NCBI GenBank assembly: GCA_048882325.1
Contig: JBHLRS010000002.1
Span: 131,412-195,411, forward strand
Origin: Candidatus Thorarchaeota archaeon
GTDB taxonomy: Archaea; Asgardarchaeota; Thorarchaeia; Thorarchaeales; Thorarchaeaceae
Direction of reading: 5' to 3'
DNA length: 64,000 nt
Positions 51,029 to 60,632 of the stretch are shown here, piece by piece. The notes below the pieces were generated by a model that made no database searches, was not told the DNA's origin, and worked only from the letters and a program-made list of their open reading frames with translations. Numbering within the stretch: the first letter of the stretch is position 1; each line of letters starts with the position of its first letter. The position numbers and the translations under genes are program-made.

Positions 51029-52723
51029 TTAACCCTCTTTGATTGTGATAATCTGACGTCTATGAAGCTCCGCAAAGACTGTAACAAGCACACTCGGTTG
51101 TAGCTTGAGCTCTGTAGCAATTTCCTCGATTGTGAGAGTACCATCTACTAGTCCGACAATCTCGTCAACCCGGGAATAGAGCGATAGTACATCATCATCT
51201 GGTTCTTTGAGGAGAATTGGTGCATCATCAGGACCTATCTTGAGTTCGAGTTCAATAGCGCCCATTCTATGGAGAAGATGGATTGCGCCAAGAATCATCT
51301 CAGGTCCCTTTCCCGGGACCAAGAGCGACATTGTCATTGTTCCGTCTAGGCGGTTCCACACAGCCTCAACAAAGTCCCGTAATGGTGCATTCTCAAATCG
51401 TTCCCAGAGGAGTGCTCTTGCTTGCTTAGGGGCCATCCTACTCGGAATGACTTCTGGTGGTAGGGTTGCGAGTAGCTTGAGCGTGAATGGAGGAGAACGG
51501 AAGAGATCTGTTGGGTCATCCACCAAATCAGGCACTTCATCCATGAATAAATCAGGGAGAAATGAAAACCTCTCACGAAGTGCTTCGACATCAACACCAG
51601 TCCCCGTGATGAGTGTATAGACATAATGACCGCGTTCTATAGTAATGTAGTTCAAATCTCCAGTACGAAACACAGAGGTTTCGGTTGGACTGGCTGGATC
51701 AAACTTGAAAGCTGAGATAGCAGCCACTATATTTGGAGCCAGCTCTAAAAGACGTGACCGCTCATCATAATAATAGCTGTATGCGGCCTCACCAGTTCTG
51801 CGATCCACCACAAAGAACGCTTGATGACCAACCTCTTCCTCCTCAGATTCTTCAATTGACGATACATAGTCAATAGACCTGTCAATCTCCCATCTCTTAT
51901 ACGCCAATTCTGGATGCATGTCTAAGAATCCAGCAATTGCCATGGAAGAAAGAATCAGATATGTCGGTTGCGTCGACACATCAGATAACTCTAACCCATA
52001 GAGATCCTCATACTCTCTTGCAAGTTCAAGCTGCTCATCTGAACCTGGTACCACAACTAGTTGAGATGAAGATTTGTCCCGGATTTGCATAACAACTTGT
52101 TCCACTCTGTCAGAAGTTGGAAGTGGAGGAGAGATGACTAGAACAAACAATGACGCAGATGAGAAATCTTCCGTCCAGTCAGCTTTGACCAAGTCATCGT
52201 GTGTGATTCTCATCACTTCTACACCAAATGGACCAATCATCAATGGAGCAGAATAAGACCGATTCTTCTGTGCTTTTTTCTGAAGAATTGAGTCCACTGC
52301 AGTTCCAGATTTGTCGTCATATATTGGGTCATCAGTTGCGATGAAACACACTCGAATACGTTCCCTAAGAAGATCATCAGCAATATGCGAGAACTCGTCT
52401 TTGAAGTCACGTACTGATGCTTGTTCAATGTTCTTACTTGACGCTTCTTGAACTCGTTTCATTCGCTCTATGTCAACTCCAGAAATTGGGGTTGTATCAG
52501 ACACACCAATAATGATGGTCATCTTGCTTACCTTGCAGATGCAGGTACCTCTCCCATCGATTTCAGTTGTCACAAATTCTCTTGCTGAGTCTTCCTGCAT
52601 TAGTTGATAATATGTATCGACAATATGTTTGAGAAACTCGTCTGTGACTTTCTCTTTACTAAAAGAGATGGATGCCAGTTCTTTGGACCCAAGCAGGTCA
52701 AAGAGTACAGCATTAACAATCAT
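51029..52723 (-). CDS. longin-like multidomain protein with C-terminal wHTH; apparent GTPase-dead paralogue of the neighbouring gene
   Basis: Parallel layout to 48956-50923; no P-loop; two DGTxT wHTH repeats. Confidence 0.7.
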   Translation of the reverse strand: MIVNAVLFDLLGSKELASISFSKEKVTDEFLKHIVDTYYQLMQEDSAREFVTTEIDGRGTCICKVSKMTIIIGVSDTTPISGVDIERMKRVQEASSKNIEQASVRDFKDEFSHIADDLLRERIRVCFIATDDPIYDDKSGTAVDSILQKKAQKNRSYSAPLMIGPFGVEVMRITHDDLVKADWTEDFSSASLFVLVISPPLPTSDRVEQVVMQIRDKSSSQLVVVPGSDEQLELAREYEDLYGLELSDVSTQPTYLILSSMAIAGFLDMHPELAYKRWEIDRSIDYVSSIEESEEEEVGHQAFFVVDRRTGEAAYSYYYDERSRLLELAPNIVAAISAFKFDPASPTETSVFRTGDLNYITIERGHYVYTLITGTGVDVEALRERFSFLPDLFMDEVPDLVDDPTDLFRSPPFTLKLLATLPPEVIPSRMAPKQARALLWERFENAPLRDFVEAVWNRLDGTMTMSLLVPGKGPEMILGAIHLLHRMGAIELELKIGPDDAPILLKEPDDDVLSLYSRVDEIVGLVDGTLTIEEIATELKLQPSVLVTVFAELHRRQIITIKEG

Positions 52724-52797
52724 ACCTGAATCATCCTCTTGAGTCTATAGACGAGTGCTCTTACTCTCTCCATCAGCATTGTGGCACTCTTCACTAA

Positions 52798-54042
52798 TCA
52801 ACATTGTTCGGTTCTCTTCTTGATGAACTCGTCAAATGATATAGAGCCCCTCATGTACCTCTGATAATCTGTTTCTGTCCAGCTCGCGTCATATTCTGCA
52901 AGATCAGTCCCACCTCCTGAGTTAAGTGGAGGCAAATCGGATATTGCCTCAGAAACTGAAACTGGTGGTGGTAGTTCTTCTGACCCGAGCTTTATGTCAG
53001 ACCTGGTCTTTCCACGAATGAGTGATGCGAGTATACCAGTCGGTGTGTGGACGCTTTCTTGGTTTCTCCGACCAATAATGAATACACGTCTTCTTCGTTG
53101 GGGAACCCCAAACTCCTCAGCTTTCAAAGTGAATACAGTAACGGCATACTCCTCTTCTTCTAACGCTTCAACAATTGAACAAAGAACCTTACCATGCTGC
53201 ATCCACTTTAGTCCTAGTACATTCTCAATAACAACATTTTCCGGTGCGAGTTGTTGTATTAATCTAAGCATCCTGAAAACAAGTGTATTCCTTGAATCGA
53301 GTTTATCCCGATTTCCTGCAGTTGAAAATCCCTGACACGGTGGTCCGCCTATCAATGAATTTAGATGTTTTCCAGAGAGAGATCTTTCAATACTGTCCAG
53401 TAAGTCAATTAATTGTTCATCTTTCAACAGATCAGCTTGGATGACCTCAGTTGCTGAATGATTGTATGAATAGGTTTTGCACATATTGGAATTGAAGTCG
53501 GTTGCTAGAAGTACATCATGGCTGGCCTGAACAAAACCATCCGAGAGACCTCCAGCTCCTGAAAACAGGTCAATAACTCTACCCGGCTTGAATAATGAGG
53601 CCACAGCTCTGGCTAATAGTGGAGGCACAGCATTCCCAATCTGTTTGTATCTTGAGCTATAACTACCAAGGAATCTGAACCGATCGGTAAATGATTGGAG
53701 TCTGGCGGCTTCACGCATCGATATTAGACGATTCTGTACTGGATGCACAAACGTACCGTTTCCCGGTCGGTTGAAGTATGTGTTTACTGTATAGCTCGGA
53801 AGACTGTTGCTCAATCTTCCATAGTAGGTGGTCCGTCCACCAGAATTAGAAATTTGAGTGAGTCGCGCGGACTTCCGAATCACATGAAGAGGGATGTCTT
53901 GCCAATTACCTCCTTCAGGAACTGATTCAATAATCTCCACATCAAGTGCACTTAGTGTTGAACAAATATGATTGTATAGCATCTTCGATGCTTGATTTAG
54001 CTCAAGGTCCGTTGCAGCTAGAGAGATTGATGTCACAATCAA
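52798..54042 (-). CDS. DNA (cytosine-5)-methyltransferase, circularly permuted
   Basis: REAARLQSF and QIGNAVPP (IX, X) precede DLFSGAGG, GGPPCQGFS, ENV and QRRRR (I, IV, VI, VIII). Confidence 0.93.
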   Translation of the reverse strand: MIVTSISLAATDLELNQASKMLYNHICSTLSALDVEIIESVPEGGNWQDIPLHVIRKSARLTQISNSGGRTTYYGRLSNSLPSYTVNTYFNRPGNGTFVHPVQNRLISMREAARLQSFTDRFRFLGSYSSRYKQIGNAVPPLLARAVASLFKPGRVIDLFSGAGGLSDGFVQASHDVLLATDFNSNMCKTYSYNHSATEVIQADLLKDEQLIDLLDSIERSLSGKHLNSLIGGPPCQGFSTAGNRDKLDSRNTLVFRMLRLIQQLAPENVVIENVLGLKWMQHGKVLCSIVEALEEEEYAVTVFTLKAEEFGVPQRRRRVFIIGRRNQESVHTPTGILASLIRGKTRSDIKLGSEELPPPVSVSEAISDLPPLNSGGGTDLAEYDASWTETDYQRYMRGSISFDEFIKKRTEQC

Positions 54043-54090
54043 TGAGAATCTTCGAGGGTATGTAAAATCATGTAAGACAAGGATTGAGAA

Positions 54091-56265
54091 TTAGGTTAGA
54101 ATACACTCAAGCTCATTCAATATTGACACCGTTTCTGTTTTAGGAGTTGAACGTCTTACTAGCAGATTCTTGGTATCTTTTATTGAGAACCCATATATCG
54201 CAAACGAAATAGCTTCGACTTTTGGAGAATAACCATTAGTCCGGATTCGTTTTACTTCCTTTATCATTAGTCGACGAAGTCCTTTATTTGGCTCTGCGAT
54301 TGGGAGCTGATTCAATTCTCTTATTGAAACATGATTGTTTGTGTTAGTAAGACTGAATCTCCAGTTAAGTAATTCAGAGTTCAATAGGCCCAGAAGATAG
54401 TATCGAAGGGGATCATTGGACTTCTCAGGAAAGATTAGGTAATTACATGAGTTTGCAAGAACCACACCCGGAGGAATTATAGAGAATTTTAACCTCCATT
54501 TTTGTGTCCGATTTGACACCTGCTGGCAAGCAAGACGCGATTGGTTGACATGTTCAGCCCGTATCGACTTTCCAAGTTTTCTACGAAGTCGCCCAAGGTG
54601 TACGAACTCAGCTACTTCCCCCTCATGTCTGATAAGGGAATATCGAGAAATGTGTGAGCCTCTGACTAGCGGATGATTGGTTTCTTCATTTGTTATGCAA
54701 TCTCGATTTAGAGTAAGGTCCAATTCGCCTCGTTTTACTAAAATCCAATCAAGGTTGGAGATTGGTGGATGCTCGTGCATTTTTAGCATGAGGCTCCAAC
54801 CAACTTTATCAACTTGAGGAATTGAGAGTGAACCTCCTACTGCTTTCTCAATTTTACCAGCAGGAATGACAATATGGTTGCGAGACCTCGCGTCATTGAT
54901 GTCGTTCAATCCAAATCGAGCGAGAAACGAATTTGTTACTCCACCTCGTTGAAGTGTCATGATTGAAACTGATTGTGTAACACCATCAAACAGTCGTGAC
55001 GTTTCTGGGAAATCATCAACTGATAGTAGTCTGTTTTCGTGGATTAGAGAGGATCTCAAGGGTTGTGCTGAAATGTCTCCGAGTATGGTCGACGGAACTA
55101 TGAAGCCTATGGTACTCCCTTCACTAGCTAATTGCAGAGTCCGCTCAATGAACAATCGATGTGTATCAATTGAGTACTTGTTTCCAACATGGAATTCACC
55201 GGACTTTCTGAAATATTGGAGGTCTTCATTCAAATGCTCCTTATGTTTCGAGAAGTTATCCAGATGGATATCACGTTCTCCAGATAACAAGCGTTCACGG
55301 AGGAATTCAGCTAAATTCGGTTTCAATCGTTCATAGGGTGGATTCATTAAAATAAAATCAAATCCACCATTCTCAATTATCCCTCCAAATTCGTCAGCCC
55401 ACTCAAATGGATAACGAGAACTTGCATCTGCAAAGAAGTGGCTGTGATCAGCAGTGCCATTAAGTCCTTTTAGGGAGATTAGAGAATTTCCCTGTTTTAA
55501 TGATGTACCCAGCAATGAGCGTCCTAGTTCCTTTTCATTTGGTGAAGCAAGCAATCGAAGTGATATGTCCGCCACTTCGAGCGCTCCTGAATCGATGTCC
55601 ACTCCATACATATTCTGTTGAATGGCATCCAAGAAATCGAGGAAATCCCCACGCTTGAGTACACTGCGGTTGCCTATGTTCTGAATTCCAATGTTCATAG
55701 CTGATGCAAATGCTTTCATTGCAGAAACAAGGAAAATACCGGTTCCACACGCAGGATCTAGAGTACGTAGAGAGAGAATTTCATCTAACGCGCTGATACC
55801 TTCTGCCGAAGCTTTTGATGCAAGTGCATTCAGAGTTGGAGAAATAGTCAGTGACACGATATAATCAGCAATTTCAGCAGGAGTGTAGAACGCTCCAAGT
55901 GGTTTCTGTGTTGTTCCCTCGTTATACGTAAGAGGTAGCGAGTAGCATCCCAGAGAGTGTACCAAGCCTAGGAGTTCTATGATCTCTTCGGACTCAAGTT
56001 TTCTGGGAACCGGGTAGCTAAAAGACTCCAAGACCTCTCTAGCAAGCTCGGTGACCGTTCGTTGGGACGTGCCTAGTCTTTCTGCGTGATAGGCAAGCTT
56101 TGAGAACAAGTATTCATCATCCAACTGTTTGAAGCTTAACGTGTATGTTAAGCCAGCTAATCTAACAGCCTCTGAAATTTCGATGGAATTATGGGACTGG
56201 TCAGCCAAAAGCCTATGGAAACCACTGATGATTCTTTGTGCAGTTTCTTTAAGCTCAAGACTCAC
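54091..56265 (-). CDS. N6-adenine DNA methyltransferase, Alw26I/Eco31I/Esp3I-like
   Basis: GAFYTP, LDPACGTG, NPPYERLK, RGELDLT, QQVSN, LANSCNY, TNNHVS. Confidence 0.9.
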   Translation of the reverse strand: MSLELKETAQRIISGFHRLLADQSHNSIEISEAVRLAGLTYTLSFKQLDDEYLFSKLAYHAERLGTSQRTVTELAREVLESFSYPVPRKLESEEIIELLGLVHSLGCYSLPLTYNEGTTQKPLGAFYTPAEIADYIVSLTISPTLNALASKASAEGISALDEILSLRTLDPACGTGIFLVSAMKAFASAMNIGIQNIGNRSVLKRGDFLDFLDAIQQNMYGVDIDSGALEVADISLRLLASPNEKELGRSLLGTSLKQGNSLISLKGLNGTADHSHFFADASSRYPFEWADEFGGIIENGGFDFILMNPPYERLKPNLAEFLRERLLSGERDIHLDNFSKHKEHLNEDLQYFRKSGEFHVGNKYSIDTHRLFIERTLQLASEGSTIGFIVPSTILGDISAQPLRSSLIHENRLLSVDDFPETSRLFDGVTQSVSIMTLQRGGVTNSFLARFGLNDINDARSRNHIVIPAGKIEKAVGGSLSIPQVDKVGWSLMLKMHEHPPISNLDWILVKRGELDLTLNRDCITNEETNHPLVRGSHISRYSLIRHEGEVAEFVHLGRLRRKLGKSIRAEHVNQSRLACQQVSNRTQKWRLKFSIIPPGVVLANSCNYLIFPEKSNDPLRYYLLGLLNSELLNWRFSLTNTNNHVSIRELNQLPIAEPNKGLRRLMIKEVKRIRTNGYSPKVEAISFAIYGFSIKDTKNLLVRRSTPKTETVSILNELECILT

Positions 56266-56322
56266 TACAACATCCTCACTATGTCAGTGAGATTGTGTTA
56301 CAAAGGTGTTTTGTTCCTAGTT

Positions 56323-56691
56323 TCACTTTGCAGATGTGTCGCTCTGCATAGCTCCCCAAAGATTACCTTCAGTGTCTTTAAAGTAGATTAGCCAACCAAC
56401 TCCTGGGACTGCACCTTTTGGTCGAACTATCTCTCCTCCATTTTTCTCAATCTTCTTGACCGTTTCATCGATGGATTCAACATCAATTGTATTAACAGTT
56501 GTATCTTCATCACTCTGGCGTAATCCCAAACCACCATCTATTCCAGGTGTTTCAGGATCTCCTGTCATGATTAGCCAATAGTCCATAGGACCATCCCACT
56601 TCTCTATTTTCCAGCCAAATGTATTCTCGTAGAACTTGATTGTTCTCTCTGCGTCATCTGCGACTATCTCAAAATGCACTACTCTAGGCAT
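56323..56691 (-). CDS. VOC/glyoxalase family protein
   Basis: VVHFEI, FYENTFGW, GIDGGL, FKDTEGN. Confidence 0.93.
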   Translation of the reverse strand: MPRVVHFEIVADDAERTIKFYENTFGWKIEKWDGPMDYWLIMTGDPETPGIDGGLGLRQSDEDTTVNTIDVESIDETVKKIEKNGGEIVRPKGAVPGVGWLIYFKDTEGNLWGAMQSDTSAK

Positions 56692-56855
56692 AATCATCTC
56701 TCCTTCACTTGACAGAGGAACCGTGCTAACTCATTCCCCATTGTCATCAACCATATAATCGTTTAACGATAGTGAATATTAGTTTTCTGTTCGTGCAAGT
56801 TCGTATGTCACGTGAATGTGCGAATATTTTAGGCAGTTCAAGCTAAACTCCCAAT

Positions 56856-57611
56856 ATGGTATCGGAGCGAGAGATTGCTGAGCTTGAGCTTCTAGCATCA
56901 CATTGCTGGCCAGCAAGAGAAGTGGTCACCTACAAAGGATGGATCATCCATTGGGATGGTGGTGTCACATGGAGAGCAAACAGTGTTTTGCCAAATGAAT
57001 GGGAGAGTAGTATCAATGTAGAGCAGGTAGTTGATTATGTCATTGACCTCTACCAGGAAAAAGGCACGGCTCCTGCATTCAAAATATCACCTGCAAGTAA
57101 ACCCACTGGGCTTGACACAATACTTGAAGGGAAAGACTTTGTCCAACGAATGATTACACATGTGCAAACAGCACCAATAGAAGAAATTGCATGTCTAGAC
57201 CCCAAAGTACCTGTGGACCTATTCAAAGTCACTGAAGATTCGCTTGATACATTGATGTATCGATCAACAAGAGCTAGTAAGGCGATCAGTGTGAGAAGAG
57301 AGATTATTCACCGCATCGAAGGAAGCAAGAACATTGCGAGAGTCATGATGCATGGGAATATTGCTGGTGTTGGTTTGGGAGTTGTTGAAGAGGACTGGTT
57401 AGGTCTCTTCTCAATAAGAACAATCCCAGAATATCGACGAATGGGAGTTGCGTGGTCGATAAACTGTGCTCTCGCAATGTGGGGTGAAGACCATGGAGCT
57501 AATCGAGTCTTCCTCCAAGTAGAATCCGATAATGAGTCTGCAATCGCCCTCTATGAAAAAATGGGTTTCAAGACAATGTACACTTACTGGTACAGAATCT
57601 TGGAAGGCTAA
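56856..57611 (+). CDS. GNAT N-acetyltransferase (tandem domain)
   Basis: G.TWRANSV; YRRMGVA, LQVESDNESAIALYEKMGF. Confidence 0.9.
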   Translation: MVSEREIAELELLASHCWPAREVVTYKGWIIHWDGGVTWRANSVLPNEWESSINVEQVVDYVIDLYQEKGTAPAFKISPASKPTGLDTILEGKDFVQRMITHVQTAPIEEIACLDPKVPVDLFKVTEDSLDTLMYRSTRASKAISVRREIIHRIEGSKNIARVMMHGNIAGVGLGVVEEDWLGLFSIRTIPEYRRMGVAWSINCALAMWGEDHGANRVFLQVESDNESAIALYEKMGFKTMYTYWYRILEG

Positions 57612-57706
57612 AAGTCACATTATGAGTTCTCGCGTTGAGAATCGTCTTTTTAAAGATAGGATGAGGTTCACAATTATCTAGTTTATGATATGAGAGGTAG
57701 CTATAC

Positions 57707-59131
57707 ATGTTGGACAAACTACAAGATTGTGTCCGGATAGGTGAAGACCTCGGTGCAAACTTTGTTGAGGCTAGATATGAGGACCTCACCTTGAGAGCCT
57801 TACAACGGATAAATGACATCTGGCAGGATATCCAAGTAAAATCCCGAATGGGTTTTGCTATCACATCTTATGTAGATGGAGTTTCAGGTTTCTCTTTCAC
57901 TGCAAGTACAGAGACTAAGGATATCCACTCAGCAGTCGAGAAGTCATACAGGATGGCCAAAGCATCGTCAAGCGCTGCAAAGCTGAAACTACCCTTTGAA
58001 AGAAGTTCAGCTGTGAAGAGTAAGAAGTCTGATACTCCCAGTGTTAAGATACATCCGCGTGATAAGGAACTTGATTACAAAATTGATATGGTAAATCGAA
58101 CAATTGAGTCTGCTAGAGAATACGGAGAGAATATCAGAAGTGTTCGAGGACTGTGGGGTGAACTCTATGGACCCAAGATGCTTGTAAATAGTGATGGCTC
58201 AGTGATCGATTGGGAATTCCTAGTTTCCGATTTACGAGTTATAGTTACATCAAAGACAGACGCTGGAGCTATGGTCTTTGGTGTAAAGGGGCAGGGAGGA
58301 ACATTCGGTCTGGAAGAGTTTGAAAAGGAAGAATATACGCCAGAGAAGATGGGGGAAGTCGCTGGCTCAAACGCAAAGGAGCAACTTAAAGCAAAAGCTT
58401 GTCCTGCTGGGAAGTTCCGAGCACTGGTTGAAGAGATACTAGTTGGAGTTCTCGCCCATGAGTCATTCGGTCACTTGAGTGAAGCAGACTTCGTTGTAAC
58501 AAATGGGTCACCACTCACCGATAAGATTGGTACAGCTCTAGGTACTGAGCACGCAACAATTATTGACGGTGGCATTCCTGATATTCAGAGATATGGTGGA
58601 CTTTGGCTACCCTATGATGACCAAGGGATCGCAGGGAGCCAAACGACTGTACTGGACAAGGGCGTACTGAAGTACTATTTACACAATCGAGGAACGGCCA
58701 AGAAACTAGGCCAGGAACCAACCAGCAATGCGAGAGCTGTTAACTTCATTTTTCCACCTATTCCACGAATGACAAATACATACTTCCAAACTGGAGACTT
58801 GACTGAGGAAGAAGCAATTGAACAACTCGACACTGGGGTGTTTGCAATCCAAACATCAGGCGGTCAAGTTGAAGGGGATGGCAGTTTCGTGTTCAAGGCC
58901 ATCCGGGGATATTGGATCGAAAAGGGGGAGATACAATATCCTATTCGAGAGGTGGCTCTATCAGGCAATATTCTAGACCTCTTGTCAAAGGTCGAAGGAG
59001 GAACAAAAGAGCTGAAGCTTTTCTCTGGATATTTTGGGGGTTGTGGTAAAGGTGAGCAATTCCCACTACCAACAGGGATGGGAGGACCACAGCTGCTAAT
59101 CAGTGATGTGACATTTGGAGGAGAGGCATAA
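57707..59131 (+). CDS. tldD: TldD metalloprotease
   Basis: HESFGHLSEAD, YDDQG, RMTNT, GGCGKGEQ. Confidence 0.93.
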   Translation: MLDKLQDCVRIGEDLGANFVEARYEDLTLRALQRINDIWQDIQVKSRMGFAITSYVDGVSGFSFTASTETKDIHSAVEKSYRMAKASSSAAKLKLPFERSSAVKSKKSDTPSVKIHPRDKELDYKIDMVNRTIESAREYGENIRSVRGLWGELYGPKMLVNSDGSVIDWEFLVSDLRVIVTSKTDAGAMVFGVKGQGGTFGLEEFEKEEYTPEKMGEVAGSNAKEQLKAKACPAGKFRALVEEILVGVLAHESFGHLSEADFVVTNGSPLTDKIGTALGTEHATIIDGGIPDIQRYGGLWLPYDDQGIAGSQTTVLDKGVLKYYLHNRGTAKKLGQEPTSNARAVNFIFPPIPRMTNTYFQTGDLTEEEAIEQLDTGVFAIQTSGGQVEGDGSFVFKAIRGYWIEKGEIQYPIREVALSGNILDLLSKVEGGTKELKLFSGYFGGCGKGEQFPLPTGMGGPQLLISDVTFGGEA

Positions 59132-60525
59132 TGGAGTTTGACAATCTAAAAGATGAACTTATGTCAGCAGCAGACACAGGTCTCAAGTATGCAGCATCCT
59201 TGAACGCATCTGCTGAATTTGAGGTGTTCGTGTTCTACCAAAACAAGACTTTAGCTAGAATCGAACAGGGAATTGTCACTGCGACAGATGGAGCGACCGC
59301 AGGAACAGCTGTAAGAGCTTCCAAAGGCAAGCAGATGGGTTTTGCAGTATCAAGTGGAGTTTCTGTTGAACGAATCAAACTTGCTGCCAATGAAGCACTG
59401 TCAATAATCAACAAAGCCAATGTTGAAGATTCAAGATTCGAAGGTTTTTCAGACCCACAAGGAGCAGGAAAGGAGGGTGCATTTCCTGATGAGATACTTT
59501 CTGTTGACACTGATGATTTAATCAAATATTGCGAGCAACAAATCGATGAAGCAAGAGCTGTTGATTCCAGAGTAGATGTCGTAGGTGCGACCTCGGAGGT
59601 TTCTTGGCAAGGGTATGCAGTAGGTAACACCAGAGGAATCTTACAAGCTTCCCGAAGTGGTCAGAGCAGGTGCGAAACGGATGTGTACGCTATCGAGAAC
59701 GAGGAACGTAGAGGATCTTCACATCACGATATCTCCAGAGAACGGATGTTCGATCCAGTTGGCATAGGAAAGACAGCTGCAGAAAATGCTGTTAGTCTAC
59801 TCGGAGCAAAGAAGTTGGGCATTACTACAAAGATGCCAACAATTTGGACTCCTGTACCAGCAGGATTATTCATTCTATCCAGTCTTGGAGAGTCCGTTCT
59901 AGGTAGGACAGTAGTTGATGGGATTTCACCACTCTGTGACAAAATAGGAGATACTATTGCTTCAAAAGCATTCAGTTTGACAGACAGAGGACAGAGTGCT
60001 GCTGGACTACGAACTGAGTCAGTTGATGCAGAAGGTCTTCCCCAGAAAGAGAACCAAATAATTGAGAAAGGAGTTCTGAAGAACTATCTTTTTGACAACT
60101 ATTATGGGAAGGCATATGGTCTTGAGTCCACCGGTAACTGCGCAAGAGGCATCAGCATTTTTGGGGTTCCGATGCCGTACGAATCCAAACCGACTGTTTC
60201 AGCGAAATGGTTGGAAGTTACTCCTGGAAACAAGACAGAGGAAGACATCATTGCATCCATAGATGGCAAAGCAATTCTAATTCGTGATTTTCCACTAGGT
60301 ATCTCTCATTCCAGTGTTTCAACAGGCGAATTCTCATGCGTTGCGGGATCTTCCTATCTTGTAGAAAATGGTGAACTCAAGGGATCAGTTGAACCAGTTT
60401 CAGTTTCGGGTAACTTCTACGAGGGATACGAGAAACTCAGGGAAGTAGGAAACGATAATCAATTCCTCCGCTTTGGAATTAGTGTACCAACCCTGCTCTT
60501 TGATGACTTCTCAGTTGTTGGATAA
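59131..60525 (+). CDS. pmbA: TldE/PmbA protein
   Basis: Translationally coupled to tldD; DAEG, STGN, GEFS, VSGN; lacks HExxxH. Confidence 0.88.
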   Translation: MEFDNLKDELMSAADTGLKYAASLNASAEFEVFVFYQNKTLARIEQGIVTATDGATAGTAVRASKGKQMGFAVSSGVSVERIKLAANEALSIINKANVEDSRFEGFSDPQGAGKEGAFPDEILSVDTDDLIKYCEQQIDEARAVDSRVDVVGATSEVSWQGYAVGNTRGILQASRSGQSRCETDVYAIENEERRGSSHHDISRERMFDPVGIGKTAAENAVSLLGAKKLGITTKMPTIWTPVPAGLFILSSLGESVLGRTVVDGISPLCDKIGDTIASKAFSLTDRGQSAAGLRTESVDAEGLPQKENQIIEKGVLKNYLFDNYYGKAYGLESTGNCARGISIFGVPMPYESKPTVSAKWLEVTPGNKTEEDIIASIDGKAILIRDFPLGISHSSVSTGEFSCVAGSSYLVENGELKGSVEPVSVSGNFYEGYEKLREVGNDNQFLRFGISVPTLLFDDFSVVG

Positions 60526-60536
60526 CAGTTTGCCAA

Positions 60537-60577
60537 ACTGGAGATTTCAAGGAATCTCCAGTCCCTCATTTCTTTTC
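60537..60577 (+). terminator. hairpin terminator after tldD/pmbA
   Basis: ACTGGAGATT-N6-AATCTCCAGT, perfect 10-bp stem, then a T-rich tract. Confidence 0.65.
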
Positions 60578-60632
60578 AGTCGCGCTGAACCGATTTCTAA
60601 TATAGTAGGAATCAGACCGATTTCTGATTGCT

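Noticed and set aside
52798-56265. Complete type IIS restriction-modification system
   Set aside because: No endonuclease ORF adjacent
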